In this document: positions 1 to 13,475 of the stretch, piece after piece | Position numbering within the stretch: position 1 is the first letter of the stretch | How the letters are laid out: every line of letters starts with the position of its first letter | Assembly: GCA_964016885.1 (NCBI GenBank) | Contig: OZ024742.1 | Coordinates: forward strand, 158,348,001-158,412,000 | Length of the DNA: 64,000 bases | DNA from: Eledone cirrhosa | Lineage: Eukaryota | Direction: 5' to 3' | Notes under the pieces: generated by a model | The model's input: only the letters and a program-made list of their open reading frames with translations | Told to the model about the DNA's origin: nothing | Database searches by the model: none | Made by a program: the position numbers and the translations under genes

Positions 1-1507
1 TTATCTATACATGAGGGTCTTTGGAACGGGTATGTCTTGCTAATAAGTGTTTTTACGGAGGTACCTGGTCTTTCTACTATCTTAATACTGAGATTATGTT
101 TATTTAGGGCCCTTCTAAATTTGTAGGCTAGTTCGCCTCTAGGGGTTGTATTGATGAACATTACACTCTGGTATTTATTGCTATCATACCATGAGTTTAT
201 TCTATTGGCCTTGTTCCTAGTTCTTACTATTCTTTTCCAAAATTTGCTCCTATACAAGGGGCAGGTCCCATTTATGTCATTATTTACCATTTTTTCCCAT
301 TTGGTTCTGGCTCCTTTATACACTCTGATTCTATCTCTCTGATTGTAGCCAGAGAACTGCATACGGTGGATGAAGTGTTGTATGTGTCTCTCTAGTTGTT
401 CGGGGTTGCACATGCGGGACACATTTCTCATCACCCGTACCAATCCGCAATCAGTATGTTGATTTTGGTATGGTCCGAAATGGCCGAGTTTCGGTGGATC
501 AGATGTTTGGAAGTCATGGGTTTGGCATAATGGGAATGGAGGATTTGTTTTTGGTTGTTAATGGTATCTAACCAGAGCTCTGTATCTAGTACAGGTAATC
601 GATGGTTGGGGTGTCTACTTGGGTAGTCTATAGTAACTCTAATGCTCTGGTGGATGGAGTTTGCTATTTGCTGGATGCTTTCCATTGTGTTTTTCTCTAG
701 TTCCTGACTGTTCTTTAGTGGGGATGTCTTAACTACGATGTTTATATCATCTACGTAGCGGGAGTACATTATCAGGGTTAAGCTGTCTTCTAATTGTTCT
801 TTAAGTTTTTGTTTAAGTCTACTGTCCCACCATACCATGAATAAGTTAGCTATGTCGCCTGCAATGCTAACACCAATGGCTGCTCCTTCCTCTTGGGCAT
901 ATGTTTTACCATTAAATTTGAACATATGTTCCTTAAGGGTTAATTTTATGCTGGCCCCTACCGCATGTGCAATCATTTTCTTCAGTTCATCGTGGTTTTC
1001 GGGTGTCCGTATGGCTCTGGTCCACCCGTTCCATCTATCTGTGTGGGTTTTCTTGGCCAGTGAGGTAATGGTAGGTGGTCTGCCTCTTGCTGGTCTTGTA
1101 GGGCACAGGTTGCTAAGGTCATAAGTGTCTAGGTAACTATTACTATGGGTAAGCTTAAGTAGAAGTCCCAGCTCACTGGTATCAATCCCGCGGAACTCAA
1201 CCTTGCTCTCGCTGATCATTTCTACGCATTTCTCCACGGCAAAATCCACGTCAATAGATGGATACAGGGACACAACATCCATACTGCCTATTATGCAGTT
1301 TGTTAGGTCCCCAGATCGGTTACTCACGCCGATTCTGCTGAGGAGGTCCTCCGTGCTGTCACACACATCTGGGGACATCTCAATGATGGGGCGTATGATC
1401 AGGGAGAGGAAGTAGGACAGTCTGTAGTTACTAGCAATGTTAGCCCCACAGACTGGCCGTGTTGGTGGTCCCTCGACAGGGTCCCAGCCCGTTTTATGGT
1501 CTTTTCG
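1..1507 (-). mobile_element. Penelope-like retroelement family A (Neptune-like), 5'-truncated minus-strand arm running off the left edge
   Basis: ORF 431-1531 has RKDHK..PPTRPVCGA, SMDVVSLYPSI, EGAAIGVS, YSRYVDD and LPVLD motifs. A 1-nt loss near 445 (IADWYG versus IADLVRV in family B) truncates it. Bases 1-393 are the reverse complement of ~1509-1900. Confidence 0.9.
431..1507 (-). pseudogene. PLE reverse transcriptase, frameshifted fragment
   Basis: RT motifs including YVDD; clearly homologous to ORF 3425-5218. Confidence 0.88.
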
Positions 1508-1508
1508 A

Positions 1509-2782
1509 GAGAGACACATACAACACTTCATCCACCGTATGCAGTTCTCTGGCTACAATCAGAGAGATAGAATCAGAGTGTATAAAGGAGCCAGAACCAA
1601 ATGGGAAAAAATGGTAAATAATGACATAAATGGGACCTGCCCCTTGTATAGGAGCAAATTTTGGAAAAGAATAGAAAGAACTAGGAACAAGGCCAATAGA
1701 ATAAACTCATGGTATGATAGCAATAAATACCAGAGTGTAATGTTCATCAATACAACCCCTAGAGGCGAACTAGCCTACAAATTTAGAAGGGCCCTAAATA
1801 AACATAATCTCAGTATTAAGATAGTAGAAAGACCAGGTACCTCCGTAAAAACACTTATTAGCAAGACATACCCGTTCCAAAGACCCTCATGTATAGATAA
1901 ATGTATAACCTGTAAAATAAGCCCCCATATTAACTGTAAAACTAGAAATGTAGTGTATAGCATAAGATGTACAGAAGGACAATGTAGAAACAAAAATATA
2001 GTGTACATAGGTGAGACAGCTCGTAGTATAGGGGAATGAATAAATGAACACTGGCGAGACCTCCAAGATAATAAAGAATCATCTGTGCTCTACCAACATG
2101 CTAAGATAGAGCACAGGGGTAAATTAGAGAACATAGAAATAAAAATAGAATCCACACACAGAAAAGACGCAATGTTTAGGCAAATTACAGAGGCAGTAAG
2201 CATAAAAGAATTAAAACCAAAATTAAATAGAAAATATGAGTGGAACAGCAACATCACAACTTACAATTAAGTACAAAATGAAAACACACACAGGAAAAAA
2301 TGAAAACACACACACACATAGAACAAACAACTTACAATTAAGGACAAAATGAAAACACACACAGGACAAAATGATGACACACACACACATAGAACAAACA
2401 ACCAACCAACAATAAATAAATAAAATAAATAAACAAATAGATAAATGAACACAAACACACACAGACACCCGGATGTGGCGCATGCGCAAACTGAGCACAC
2501 AACACACACACAGAAACAAAATGGCGTAGGATAGAAGAAAGGAAAGGCACAGAAACAAAGGAAAGGAATCCCCAGTCACTGAAGAGGTCACAGAGTGTGT
2601 GACGAAAGGACTATGACTATATATAAACAACTATCTGGTTGTGGAACCAACCAACCAACAAGAAATTTATAAGTTTGTAGATTTGTAAATTTATAAATTT
2701 ATAAATATATAATAAAATGAAGTGCAACAACTGGTGCGTGTGTTTCTTATTGGCAACATGACCCTCCCAAAGTATAACAATA
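1509..2782 (+). mobile_element. PLE family A plus-strand arm: thumb/linker, GIY-YIG endonuclease and 3' pLTR
   Basis: Reads HIQHFIHRMQFSGY..CIDKCITC..NCKTRNVVYSIRC..YIGETARSIGE, then an in-frame TGA at 2037-2039, continuing to RQITEAVSI..PKLNRKYEW. An A/C-rich UTR with an HHR ends CCCAAAGTATAACAAT into (TA)n. Confidence 0.9.
2574..2618 (+). ncRNA. Minimal type I hammerhead ribozyme (family A pLTR)
   Basis: AGUCA-CUGAAGA-G-GUCACA gagug UGUGAC-GAAA-GGAC-UA-UGACU. Stem I AGUCA/UGACU, 6-bp stem II, 2-bp stem III. Confidence 0.82.
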
Positions 2783-2849
2783 TATATAAATATATATATA
2801 TATATTTATATATATATATATATATATATATTTAAATATATATATATGT

Positions 2850-2908
<59 letters not shown>

Positions 2909-2961
2909 AATATATATATATATATATGTATATATATATTTAAATATGTATATATATATGT

Positions 2962-2993
<32 letters not shown>

Positions 2994-2994
2994 T

Positions 2995-3072
<78 letters not shown>
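2783..3072. repeat. (TA)n microsatellite
   Basis: Direct inspection. Confidence 0.97.
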
Positions 3073-3073
<1 letters not shown>

Positions 3074-3144
3074 GTTGCCATTGACTGACCGACGGTCAAA
3101 AATAATACAGATACAATATAGACACAAACACATATATATAGTTT

Positions 3145-3186
3145 ATCATAAATCTTTCGTTGCACATCTGCAACATCGTCAGTGAT
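3145..3186 (-). ncRNA. Minimal type I hammerhead ribozyme (family B pLTR)
   Basis: AUCA-CUGACGA-U-GUUGCA gaug UGCAAC-GAAA-GAUU-UA-UGAU on the minus strand. Confidence 0.8.
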
Positions 3187-3424
3187 GTTATATTTTCCTC
3201 CTTTTGTGTTGTATGTCTACGCCATTTTTATTCAGTCTGTCTATATATTTATTTATTTATTTGCTTGTTTGTTTATTTTATTTCGTCTTCTTTGCGCATG
3301 CGTTGCGTGTGTGTATAGTGTTATGTTTGCTGTGTGATAGGTTACTAGTGTGGGTTTATGTGCTTGTTGTTATTGTGCTTGTGTATGTATTTATTTATTT
3401 ATTTATCTTATTTTATTTACTTAT

Positions 3425-5218
3425 TTATACTTCTCTTAGGTTAGTGTTGTTTGTTTGGGTGTTATTGTTATTCCATTCATTCTTTCTGTTTAGCTTTGGT
3501 CTTCTAATTTCTATTTCACTGGCCTCTCTAATTTGCCTATCTGCTGGGTCATTTCTATGTTTTGATATTATTCTAATTTCTATGTTGTCTATGTTACCGT
3601 CATGTTGTTGTCTAGCATGTTCGTATAGTACTGACCCGTTGTTTCGTCCTTTTAGTTCCCCCCAGTGTTGGTCTATCCTTTCACCTATGCTACGAGCTGT
3701 CTCACCTATGTATGTTGTTGTCATGTTTCTGCAAGGACCCTCTGTACATCTTATGCTATAGACTACGTTTCTAGTTTTACAGTTTATCCGGGGGTTCACC
3801 TTACATATGATACATTTCCTATTGGTACAGTGGGTTTTCTTAAAAGGGTAGGTTTTGCTGATCAGGGATTTTATGGAGGTTCCTGGCTTTTCTACCACCT
3901 TTATTTTTAAGTGGGTCTTTCTCAGGGCCTTTCTGCACTGCTTAGCTAATTTCCCTCCAGGGGTGGCGTCCAGAAACATGACACTCCGGTATCTCTGGTT
4001 GTCGTACCATGAGGTGGCTTTCCCTATCTTATGTCTAGCCCTATCTAAGCTATTCCATGATTTGCTCCTGTATAATGGGCAAATTCCTTTCATGTCCAGT
4101 TCTATGAGGGTCTTATACTTTTCCATGGCTCCTTCGTATACTCTGACTCTGTCTCTTTGGTTGTAGCCAGAGAACTGCATGCGGTTGTTGAAGTGTTGGA
4201 TGTGTCTTTCCATTTCTGTTGGGTCGCACATGCGGGACACATTCTTCATCACTCGTACCAAATCTGCGATCAGAATATTAAACTTAGCACTACTGGACAT
4301 TGCTGAGTTTTTGAGTATCAGGTATTTGGAGGCCATGGGTTTAGCATAGTGTGAGTGGAGAATTTGGGCTCTCTCGTCTATAGTGTTAATCCAGAGTTCT
4401 GTGTCTAATACAGGTAGTCTATTGTTAGGGTGTTTGGAAGGGAAGTCGATAGTTACAGTTATACTCTGGTGTATGGAATTAGCTATCTGCTGGATGCTTT
4501 CCATCGTGCTACGTTCTAAATCAAACTTGTTAGTGCTCTCTAGTGGGGGTGTTCTTATAACTATATTGATATCGTCTAAATAACGAGAGTACATGATGAG
4601 GTCTATGGATCTTTCATTAAGGAGGTCTTTAAGTCTCCTTTCCCACCATACCATGAAAAGGTTGGCAACATCACCAGCTATGCTGACGCCGATGGCTGCT
4701 CCCTCATTTTGGGTGTAGATTTTCTCGTTGAACTTAAATATGTGGCCCTTTAGGGTAGTTTTGATACTAGCCCCTATTGCATGTGCGACCATTTTTCTTA
4801 CCTGATCATTGTTTTGGGGCGTCCGTATAGCTTTGGTCCACCCAATCCACCTTCCCATGCGAGTCTTTTTTGCCATTGAGGTTATGGTGGGGGGTCTACC
4901 TCTTATAGGTCTACTAGGGCAGAAACATCTAAGGTCATGGATGTCTAGGTAGTCAGTGTCGTAGGTAAGTCTAAGTAGGAGGCCCAGTTCGTCTGTGTCG
5001 ACGTCGCAGAACTCCACCTCACTCTCAATGATCATCTCCACACATCTTTTCACAGCAAAATCAATGTTAATGGATGGGTACAGTGACACCACATCCATGC
5101 TGCCTATTATGCAGTTGGATAGACTCCTGTTTTTGTTGCACTCACTGATTCTGCTGAGGAGGTCCTCTGTACTGTCACATACATCTGGGGACATCTTGAT
5201 TATGGGGCGTATAACCAT
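3425..5218 (-). CDS. PLE RT plus GIY-YIG endonuclease (597 aa open portion)
   Basis: SMDVVSLYPSI, GAAIGVS, YSRYLDD, CTNRKCIIC linker, NVVYSIRC..YIGETAR..RIDQH..EHA..REASEI..LNRKNE. Confidence 0.9.
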   Translation of the reverse strand: MVIRPIIKMSPDVCDSTEDLLSRISECNKNRSLSNCIIGSMDVVSLYPSINIDFAVKRCVEMIIESEVEFCDVDTDELGLLLRLTYDTDYLDIHDLRCFCPSRPIRGRPPTITSMAKKTRMGRWIGWTKAIRTPQNNDQVRKMVAHAIGASIKTTLKGHIFKFNEKIYTQNEGAAIGVSIAGDVANLFMVWWERRLKDLLNERSIDLIMYSRYLDDINIVIRTPPLESTNKFDLERSTMESIQQIANSIHQSITVTIDFPSKHPNNRLPVLDTELWINTIDERAQILHSHYAKPMASKYLILKNSAMSSSAKFNILIADLVRVMKNVSRMCDPTEMERHIQHFNNRMQFSGYNQRDRVRVYEGAMEKYKTLIELDMKGICPLYRSKSWNSLDRARHKIGKATSWYDNQRYRSVMFLDATPGGKLAKQCRKALRKTHLKIKVVEKPGTSIKSLISKTYPFKKTHCTNRKCIICKVNPRINCKTRNVVYSIRCTEGPCRNMTTTYIGETARSIGERIDQHWGELKGRNNGSVLYEHARQQHDGNIDNIEIRIISKHRNDPADRQIREASEIEIRRPKLNRKNEWNNNNTQTNNTNLREV

Positions 5219-6016
5219 TGAGAGGAAGTAGGAGATCCTGTAGTTGCTAGCTATATTAGCTCCGCATACGGGTCTTGTTGGTGGTCCTGTTGTCGGTCGT
5301 CGACTGTCTTGTGGTCTTTGCGGAGCCCATACAAGGGTGGTATGCCATTGTTAGACGCCTGGAAGTTGTTGGCAGTGCGTCTGCTTGGCTTTAGTCCACA
5401 TCATCATGTGAGCGTTGAGGATTTTTTCTCTCCCATCGTGTGTTTGTTGTCCAATTTCGCTCGTGTTGGTGATGTGGGGTTGCATAGCCTCGATGTAGTT
5501 CGGCATGCTATCTATTGACATCCTACCAGACTTATCCGTGGGTAGACACACTACCTCACCATCCCTTGTGCGCTGCTTGAGGCTAACCAAGCCTTCTACA
5601 GGTTTCCTCCCAAGTTGTTGGGCCTCTGGTCTGCTCTGTCTCTTAGTATACCTGTCTACTATTTGTCTAATCTTATTTCTAGCTATGGTGAACTGTGCCT
5701 CTGTCTCGTCATCTATTTGTTGTGGTATGCAATCTCTTTTATTAAAGGGTAACCTCGTAGGATAGATATTACCCATCTTATATGTTTTGTCAGCTGGGTT
5801 GAAAAATAGTTTCTCTAAGGGGTTGTCATTATAGCTATCGTCATAGTTGTGTGTGTTGCTATTGTTACCAGGGTGGTTGTTGTTGATTCTATCATAAGCA
5901 TTATTATTATTGTTATGATTGCTAGATGTATTGTTGTTTACTTCACCGTTATTGTTGTTGTTGTTACTGTTATTTCTACCTTTGTGGTTTTACTTTTATT
6001 GTTTCTTGTTTTTGTT

Positions 6017-6149
6017 GTATATATATAAATATATCTATTTATATAAATATATATATATATATATTTATATAAATATATATATATATATTTATATAAATAT
6101 ATATATATATATAAATATATATATATATAAATATATAAATATATATATT

Positions 6150-6227
<78 letters not shown>

Positions 6228-6258
6228 AATATATATATATATATATGTATTTATGTAA

Positions 6259-6289
<31 letters not shown>

Positions 6290-6310
6290 AATATATATAT
6301 ATATATATAT
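6017..6310. repeat. (TA)n microsatellite
   Basis: Direct inspection. Confidence 0.97.
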
Positions 6311-6548
6311 TTGAGAAAAAAAATGACGTATGACAAAACAAAGGAGAGGCACAGAAACAAAGAAAGGAATCCCAGTCACTGACGAGGTCACAGAGTGTGT
6401 GACGAAAGAACTATGACTATATATAAACAACTATCTGGTTCTGGAACCAACCAACCAACCAGAAATTTATAAATTTATAAATTTATTATAAATTTATTAT
6501 AATAAATTGAAGTGAAAGCAACATGACCCTCCCAAACTATAACAATAT
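6311..6548 (+). mobile_element. Solo pLTR fragment of family A type
   Basis: Closely similar to 2515-2782, with an internal deletion; flanked by (TA)n. Confidence 0.85.
6374..6418 (+). ncRNA. Minimal type I hammerhead ribozyme
   Basis: AGUCA-CUGACGA-G-GUCACA..UGUGAC-GAAA-GAAC-UA-UGACU. Confidence 0.82.
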
Positions 6549-6565
6549 ATAAATATATATATATA

Positions 6566-6653
<88 letters not shown>

Positions 6654-7378
6654 AATATATATATATATATATATATTTATATAAATATATATATATATAT
6701 ATTTATAGCGGCGATGAATTAGTTTTGCGAGGTTTTTTATATGAAATCGTGTGTCGAAACAGATATTGTTATATTTGGGGAGGGTCATATTTGCGTAATA
6801 TTGCCAGAATTAATAACAGAACACACTCACTGTTTGGTTGGTTTTCGCTTCTCTGACATCCTAAAGCCAAGCAGACGCACTGCCAACAACTTCCAGGCGT
6901 CTAACAATGGCATACCACCCTTGTATGGGCTCCGCAAAGACCACAAGACAGTCGACGACCCGACAACAGGACCACCAACAAGACCCGTATGCGGAGCTAA
7001 TATAGCTAGCAACTACAGGATCTCCTACTTCCTCTCAATGGTTATACGCCCCATAATCAAGATGTCCCCAGATGTATGTGAAAGTACAGAGGACTTCCTC
7101 AGCAGAATCAGTGAGTGCAACAAAAACAGGAGCCTATCCAACTGCATAATAGGCAGCATGGATGTGGTGTCACTGTACCCATCCATTAACATTGATTTTG
7201 CTGTGAAAAGATGTGTGGAGATGATCATTGAGAGTGAGGTGGAGTTCTGCGACGTCGACACAGACGAACTGGGCCTCCTACTTAGACTTACCTACGACAC
7301 TGACTACCTAGACAGCCATGACCTTAGATGTTTCTGCCCTAGTAGACCTATAAGAGGTAGAACCCCACCATAACCTCA

Positions 7379-8833
7379 ATGGCTAAAAAGACTCCCATAG
7401 GAAGGTGGATTGGGTGGACCAAAGCTATACGGACCCCCCAAAACACTGATCAGGTAAGAAAAATGGTCGCACATGCAATAGGGGCTAGTATAAAAACTAC
7501 CCTAAAGGGCCACATATTTAAGTTCAATGAGAAAATCTACACCCAAAATGAGGGAGCAGCCATCGGCGTCAGCATAGCTGGTGATGTTGCCAACCTTTTC
7601 ATGGTATGGTGGGAAAGGAGACTTAAAGATCTCCTCCTTAATGAAAGCTCCATAGACCTCATCATGTACTCTCGTTATGTAGACGATATCAATATAGTTA
7701 TAAGAACACCCCCACTAGAGAGCACTAACAAGTTTGATTTAGAACGTAGCACGATGGAAAGCATCCAGCAGATAGCTAATTCCATACACCAGAGTATAAC
7801 TGTAACTATAGACTTCCCTTCCAAACACCCTAACAATAGACTACCTGTATTAGACACAGAACTCTGGATTAACACTATAGACGAGAGAGCCCAAATTCTC
7901 CACTCACACTATGCTAAACCCATGGCCTCCAAATACCTGATACTCAAAAACTCAGCAATGTCCAGTAGTGCTAAGTTTAATATTCTGATCGCAGATTTGG
8001 TACGAGTGATGAAGAATGTGTCCAGCATGTGCGACCCAACAGAAATGGAAGGACACATCCAACACTTCATCAACCGCATGCAGTTCTCTGGCTACAACCA
8101 AAGAGACAGAGTCAGAGTATACGAAGGAGCCATGGAAAATTATAAGACCCTCATAGAACTGGACATGAAAGGAATTTGCCCACTATACAGGAGCAAATCA
8201 TGGAATAGCTTAGATAGGGCTAGACATAAGATAGGGAAGGCCACATCATGGTACGACAACCAGAGATATCAGAGTATCATGTTTGTGGACGCCACCCCTG
8301 GAGGGAAATTAGCTAACCAGTGTAGAAAGGCCCTGAGAAAGACCCACTTAAAAATAAAGGTGGTAGAAAAGCCAGGAACCACCATAAAATCCCTGATCAG
8401 CAAAACCTACCCTTTTAAGAAAACCCACTGTACCAATAGGAAATGTATCATATGTAAGGTGAACCCCCGGATAAACTGTAAAACTAGAAACGTAGTCTAT
8501 AGCATAAGATGTACAGAGGGTACTTGCAGAAACACGACAACAACATACATAGGTGAGACAGCTCGTAGCATAGGTGAAAGGATAGACCAACACTGGGGGG
8601 AACTAAAAGGACGAAAAAACGGGTCAGTACTATACGAACATGCTAGACAACAACATGACGGTAACATAGACAACATAGAAATTAGAATAATATCTAAACA
8701 TAGGAATGACCCAGCAGATAGGCAAATCAGAGAGGCCAGTGAAATAGAAATTAGAAGACCAAAGCTAAACAGAAAGAATGAGTGGAACAACAACAACACC
8801 CAAACAAACAACACTGACCTAAGAGAAGTATAA
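7379..8833 (+). pseudogene. PLE RT C-terminal half plus GIY-YIG (frameshifted from 6854-7373)
   Basis: YSRYVDD and YIGETAR motifs; nearly identical to 41434-42885. Confidence 0.88.
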
Positions 8834-9104
8834 ATAAATAAGTAAATTAAATTAAATAAATAAAATAAGATAAATAAATACATACACAAGCACATAAACA
8901 CACACTAGTCACCCAGCAGACACAACACTATACACACTAGTCACACATCACACATAACACAATACACACACGCAAACGCATGCGCAAAGAAGACAAAATA
9001 AAATAAGATAAACAAACAAGCAAATAAATAAATAAATATATAGACAGACTGAACAAAAAAAAATGGCGTAGACATACAACACAACAGGAGGAACAATGAA
9101 TATA

Positions 9105-9148
9105 ACACCACTGACGATGTTGCAGAGGTGCAACGAAAGATTTATGTA
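9105..9148 (+). ncRNA. Minimal hammerhead ribozyme (family B), weak stem I
   Basis: CA-CUGACGA-U-GUUGCA gagg UGCAAC-GAAA-GAUU-UA-UG. Confidence 0.7.
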
Positions 9149-9367
9149 AATTATGTAAACTATATATATATGTGTTTGTCTATATTGTATCTGTATTATT
9201 TTTGACCGCCGGTCAGTCAATGGCAACATTGAGGACCAAGTAAGTTAGATCGCAGATATATATATATAAAAGACAGCGAGAAGCGAAAACCAACCAAACA
9301 GTGAGTGTGTTCTGTTATTAATTCTGGCAATATTACGCAAATATGACCCTCCCCAAATATAACAATA

Positions 9368-9417
9368 TATATTTATATATATATATATTTATATAAATAT
9401 ATATATATATATATATT

Positions 9418-9501
<84 letters not shown>

Positions 9502-9511
9502 TATATATATA

Positions 9512-9549
<38 letters not shown>

Positions 9550-9884
9550 AATATATATATATATATATTTATATAAATATATATATATATATATTTATAT
9601 AAATATATATATATATATATAAATATATATATATATTTATATAAATATATATATATATATATTTATATAAATATATATATATATTTATATATATATATAT
9701 TTATATATATTTATATATATATATATTTATATAAATATATATATATATTTATATAAATATATATATATATATATTTATATAAATATATATATATATATAT
9801 ATATTTATATAAATATATATATATATAAATATATATATATATATTTATATAAATATATATATATATATATATATTTATATAAAT

Positions 9885-9921
<37 letters not shown>

Positions 9922-10045
9922 AATATATATATATATATTTATATAAATATATATATATTTATATAAATATATATATATATATTTATATAAATATATATAT
10001 ATATATATAAATATATATAAACATATATATATAAATATATATATT

Positions 10046-10101
<56 letters not shown>

Positions 10102-10212
10102 AATATAAATATATATATATATAAATATATAAATATATATATATATAAATATATAAATATATATATTTATATAAATATAAATATATATCTATGTATATTT
10201 ATATATATATAT
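9368..10212. repeat. (TA)n microsatellite with TTTATATAAA interruptions
   Basis: Direct inspection. Confidence 0.97.
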
Positions 10213-10665
10213 TTCGTTACTGAATTTGTTTAGCAAGATACTTTATCTGAAGTTGTGTGTTGAAACCGATATTGTTATACTTTGGGAGGGTCATGTTGCC
10301 AATAAGAAACCCACGCACCAGTTGCTTTCACTTCAATTTATTATAATAAATTTATAAATTTATAAATTTCTGGTTGGTTCGTTGGTTCCACAACCAGATA
10401 GTTGTTTATATATTGTCATTGTTCTTTCGTCACACGGAACAAAGGAGAGACACAGAAACAAAGAAAGGAATCCCCAGTCACTGAAGAGGTCACAGAGTGT
10501 GTGACGAAAGAACTATGACAATATATAAACAACTATCTGGTTGTGTAACCAACCAACCAACCAGAAATTTATAAATTTATAAATTTATTATAATAAATTG
10601 AAGTGAAAGCAACTGGTGCGTGTGTTTCTTATTGGCAACATGACCCTCCCAAAGTATAACAATAT
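10213..10665. mobile_element. Inverted pair of family A-type pLTR fragments with no ORF
   Basis: 10270-10435 is the reverse complement of ~10497-10665. The left arm has a ~55 nt longer tail. Confidence 0.87.
10476..10520 (+). ncRNA. Minimal type I hammerhead ribozyme
   Basis: GUCA-CUGAAGA-G-GUCACA..UGUGAC-GAAA-GAAC-UA-UGAC. Confidence 0.8.
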
Positions 10666-10730
10666 ATATATATATATATATATATAAATATGTAAATATA
10701 TATATTTATATAAATATATATATATATATT

Positions 10731-10812
<82 letters not shown>

Positions 10813-10987
10813 TATATATAAATATATATATATATAAATGTATATATAAATGTATATATATATATTTATATATATATATATAAATATATATATAAATATA
10901 TATATATATAAATGTATATATAAATGTATATATATATATTTATATAAATATATATATATATATATATGAATAGATTTATATATATAA

Positions 10988-11060
<73 letters not shown>

Positions 11061-11070
11061 AATATATAGA
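10666..11070. repeat. (TA)n microsatellite
   Basis: Direct inspection. Confidence 0.97.
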
Positions 11071-11262
11071 TAAATCTACCAGAAGTTTACGGTAGTGTCC
11101 AATCCGTATGAAGAACTCAATGTAATCCGGATATCATGAAAAGAAGAGATGCATTCAAAAACCAATTTCGTTGAAAGATAAACGGAAAACAGAGTCAAGA
11201 TAAATTATTTAAAAAATAATGAATAAACAAAGAAACAGTTCCTTATATTAAACAAAAAAAGT

Positions 11263-11403
11263 TCATTATTTTACGATCGTTTCTAGGACATATATGTGTT
11301 AGAATTGGTATGCATATTCAAAAGATCTATGTACAAAATTATACAAACTATTAGAGGGAATATACATACCTTCACATATATATGCTGTCTTCAGAAATAA
11401 TGA
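11263..11403 (-). ncRNA. Type I hammerhead ribozyme with ~105-nt stem II
   Basis: Reverse complement of 17225-17365. Confidence 0.8.
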
Positions 11404-12240
11404 TGCTTGTTTATTGATAATAACAACAATTCAATACAATAGGTCTGTTTGGGAACAGATTTTGAATAGACCAATGAAATAGAGATTGAAATTCATCAAG
11501 AAAATATAGTTAGGTGTGTGTATATGTATGTAAATACGCTCACAGATGTGCATATACGTGTATGCTCATATGTATACGTATAGTGAAAAAGTGTGTGTAA
11601 ATCTAAAATTTAGGGCTAATGTATCTGTATGTCTGTAATCAACAGACGGAATAGATACATCATAAGTATATGAATATTGAGGCGCTCACATAAACACGCC
11701 CACACCCACTTACATTTAGATGCGGAAGTAAAAGAGGTAAGGGAGTATAGTAATTAAAGGAAAGTGTCAATCTCGACATACTTATAAAAATGTATCAATA
11801 AATTAGAAAGAAAAAATTTTTTAGAAGGAAAAAACTCAAGAAAAGAAGACAAAAAAACAAAAAAAAGGGGGGGGGGTACATACATACACAGACACGCATG
11901 TCTCACAAAAGAAACATAAAAAAACATAAAAGAAAGACATCAAATTATACATGCTTATATACACACGCACAATTACACATCCATACGTTCGATACGTACA
12001 TACATACACACACACATACACATACTTACACTCACGCATATTGACCTGTTTGTATGCACACGCATAAAAATAAGTAAAACATATACCCATACATATATAT
12101 ATATACACACACATACACGTGTATATATACAACCACTCACACACACACACACTCAGACATACATATATATAGACATACACACACATATATACACAGTCAG
12201 ACACATATACACATATATACACATACATACACACATCCCT

Positions 12241-12293
<53 letters not shown>

Positions 12294-12869
12294 TACATAA
12301 GTGTTTTTATCCTCACATACATTCACACATACATAGATACACACTTACATATACATACACACATCCACGCTTACATATACATATAATTATTGGGGGGGAT
12401 TAAATTTATTAGTGGGAAACAGTAAATATATAGGTTTCAAGGAACATAGAATACTAACGTGCAGTTAAAGCTTTATATGTGTTTACTTAGTGGTATCAGT
12501 TTTAGGAAATGGTATTTGTAAAAAGGAAAGCCAAATTATGTATTTTAATATAAGTAGAATATTAATTATAGGTTAACTAAAATAAAAATAGTTTATATAT
12601 TAATTTCTAAGGTGTATACTAATTAAGTTTATAATATTTAAAGCGGAATTTTGAAGTTCAACAGTATTAGAGTATTAATTATAGCTTAACTAACTTAAAA
12701 ATAATTACATATATTTACTTGATGGTATCAGTTTTAGGAAATGAATTTTGTAAGAGGGAAAGCCAAATTAAGTAGTTCATCGGTAGTAGATTATTAATTA
12801 AAGGTTAACTAAATTTAAAAAAAAAAAAAAAAAAATTTTATATATTAATTTCTATAGTATATGTTAATT

Positions 12870-13475
12870 ATGTTTATAATATTTAAAGCAGAATTTAGTA
12901 TTTTATCTATAGTAGAATTTTAATTATAGGTTAACTAAATTTAAATCAATCTATATATTAATTTCTAAAGTGTATATTAATTAGGTATATATTTAAAAGT
13001 TTTTCTCAGTTTATGATTACACGATATTTTGTATTTCATCTGTAGTAGAATTTTAATTATAAGTTAACTAAATTAAAATTATAGGTTAACTAAATTAAAA
13101 TTAATTCATATATTAATTTCTAAATTGTATATTAATTAGGTTTATAATATTAAAAAGTTTTTCTCCGTTTTTAATTACACGATATTTTGTTGTATTTCAT
13201 CTGTAATAGAATTTTAATAATAGGTTAAATAAACTAAAATTAATCTATATATTAATTTCTAAAGTGTATATTAATTAGGTTAATAATATTTAAATGTTTT
13301 TCTCAGTTTATGATTATACGATATTTTTATTTCATCTGTAGTAGAATTTTAATTAAATTAAAATTATAGGTGAACTACATTAAAATTAATTTATATATTA
13401 ATTTCTAAAATATATATTATTAATTAGGTTTATAATATTTAAATGTTTTTCTCAGTTTATGATTACACGATATTA
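12870..13475 (-). repeat. About 4 imperfect 140-160 bp tandem duplications of the H1 ORF terminus
   Basis: GTTTTTCTCAGTTTATGATTACACGATAT-like motif at ~12999, 13157, 13296 and 13445. Confidence 0.8.

Larger units (their letters stand above)
3073..6016 (-). mobile_element. PLE family B (Neptune-like), longest copy, with Asn-rich N-terminal region
   Basis: ORF 3425-5218 (RT plus GIY-YIG) and upstream ORF 5351-5776 (PTDKSGRMSI) are joined by frameshifts. The frame extends upstream through AAC-rich sequence. The 3' UTR carries an HHR. Confidence 0.92.
6706..9367 (+). mobile_element. PLE family B copy, 5'-truncated, preceded by an inverted pLTR end (6706-6853)
   Basis: ORFs 6741-7373 and 7379-8833 are separated by a frameshift in a C-run. 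Bases ~6765-6853 are the reverse complement of 9277-9367, and 6706-6764 add about 55 nt of extra tail. Confidence 0.92.

Noticed and set aside
2037-2039. In-frame TGA in the GIY-YIG as a possible selenocysteine codon (selenoprotein PLEs exist in the Naiad clade)
   Set aside because: It aligns to the conserved Arg of GERI in family B, so simple CGA/AGA decay is more likely. No SECIS was seen.
837-5765. Antisense ORFs overlapping the PLE RTs (837-1124, 3204-3761, 4995-5231 and others)
   Set aside because: Shadow frames of the retroelement ORFs; they recur only because the copies are near identical.
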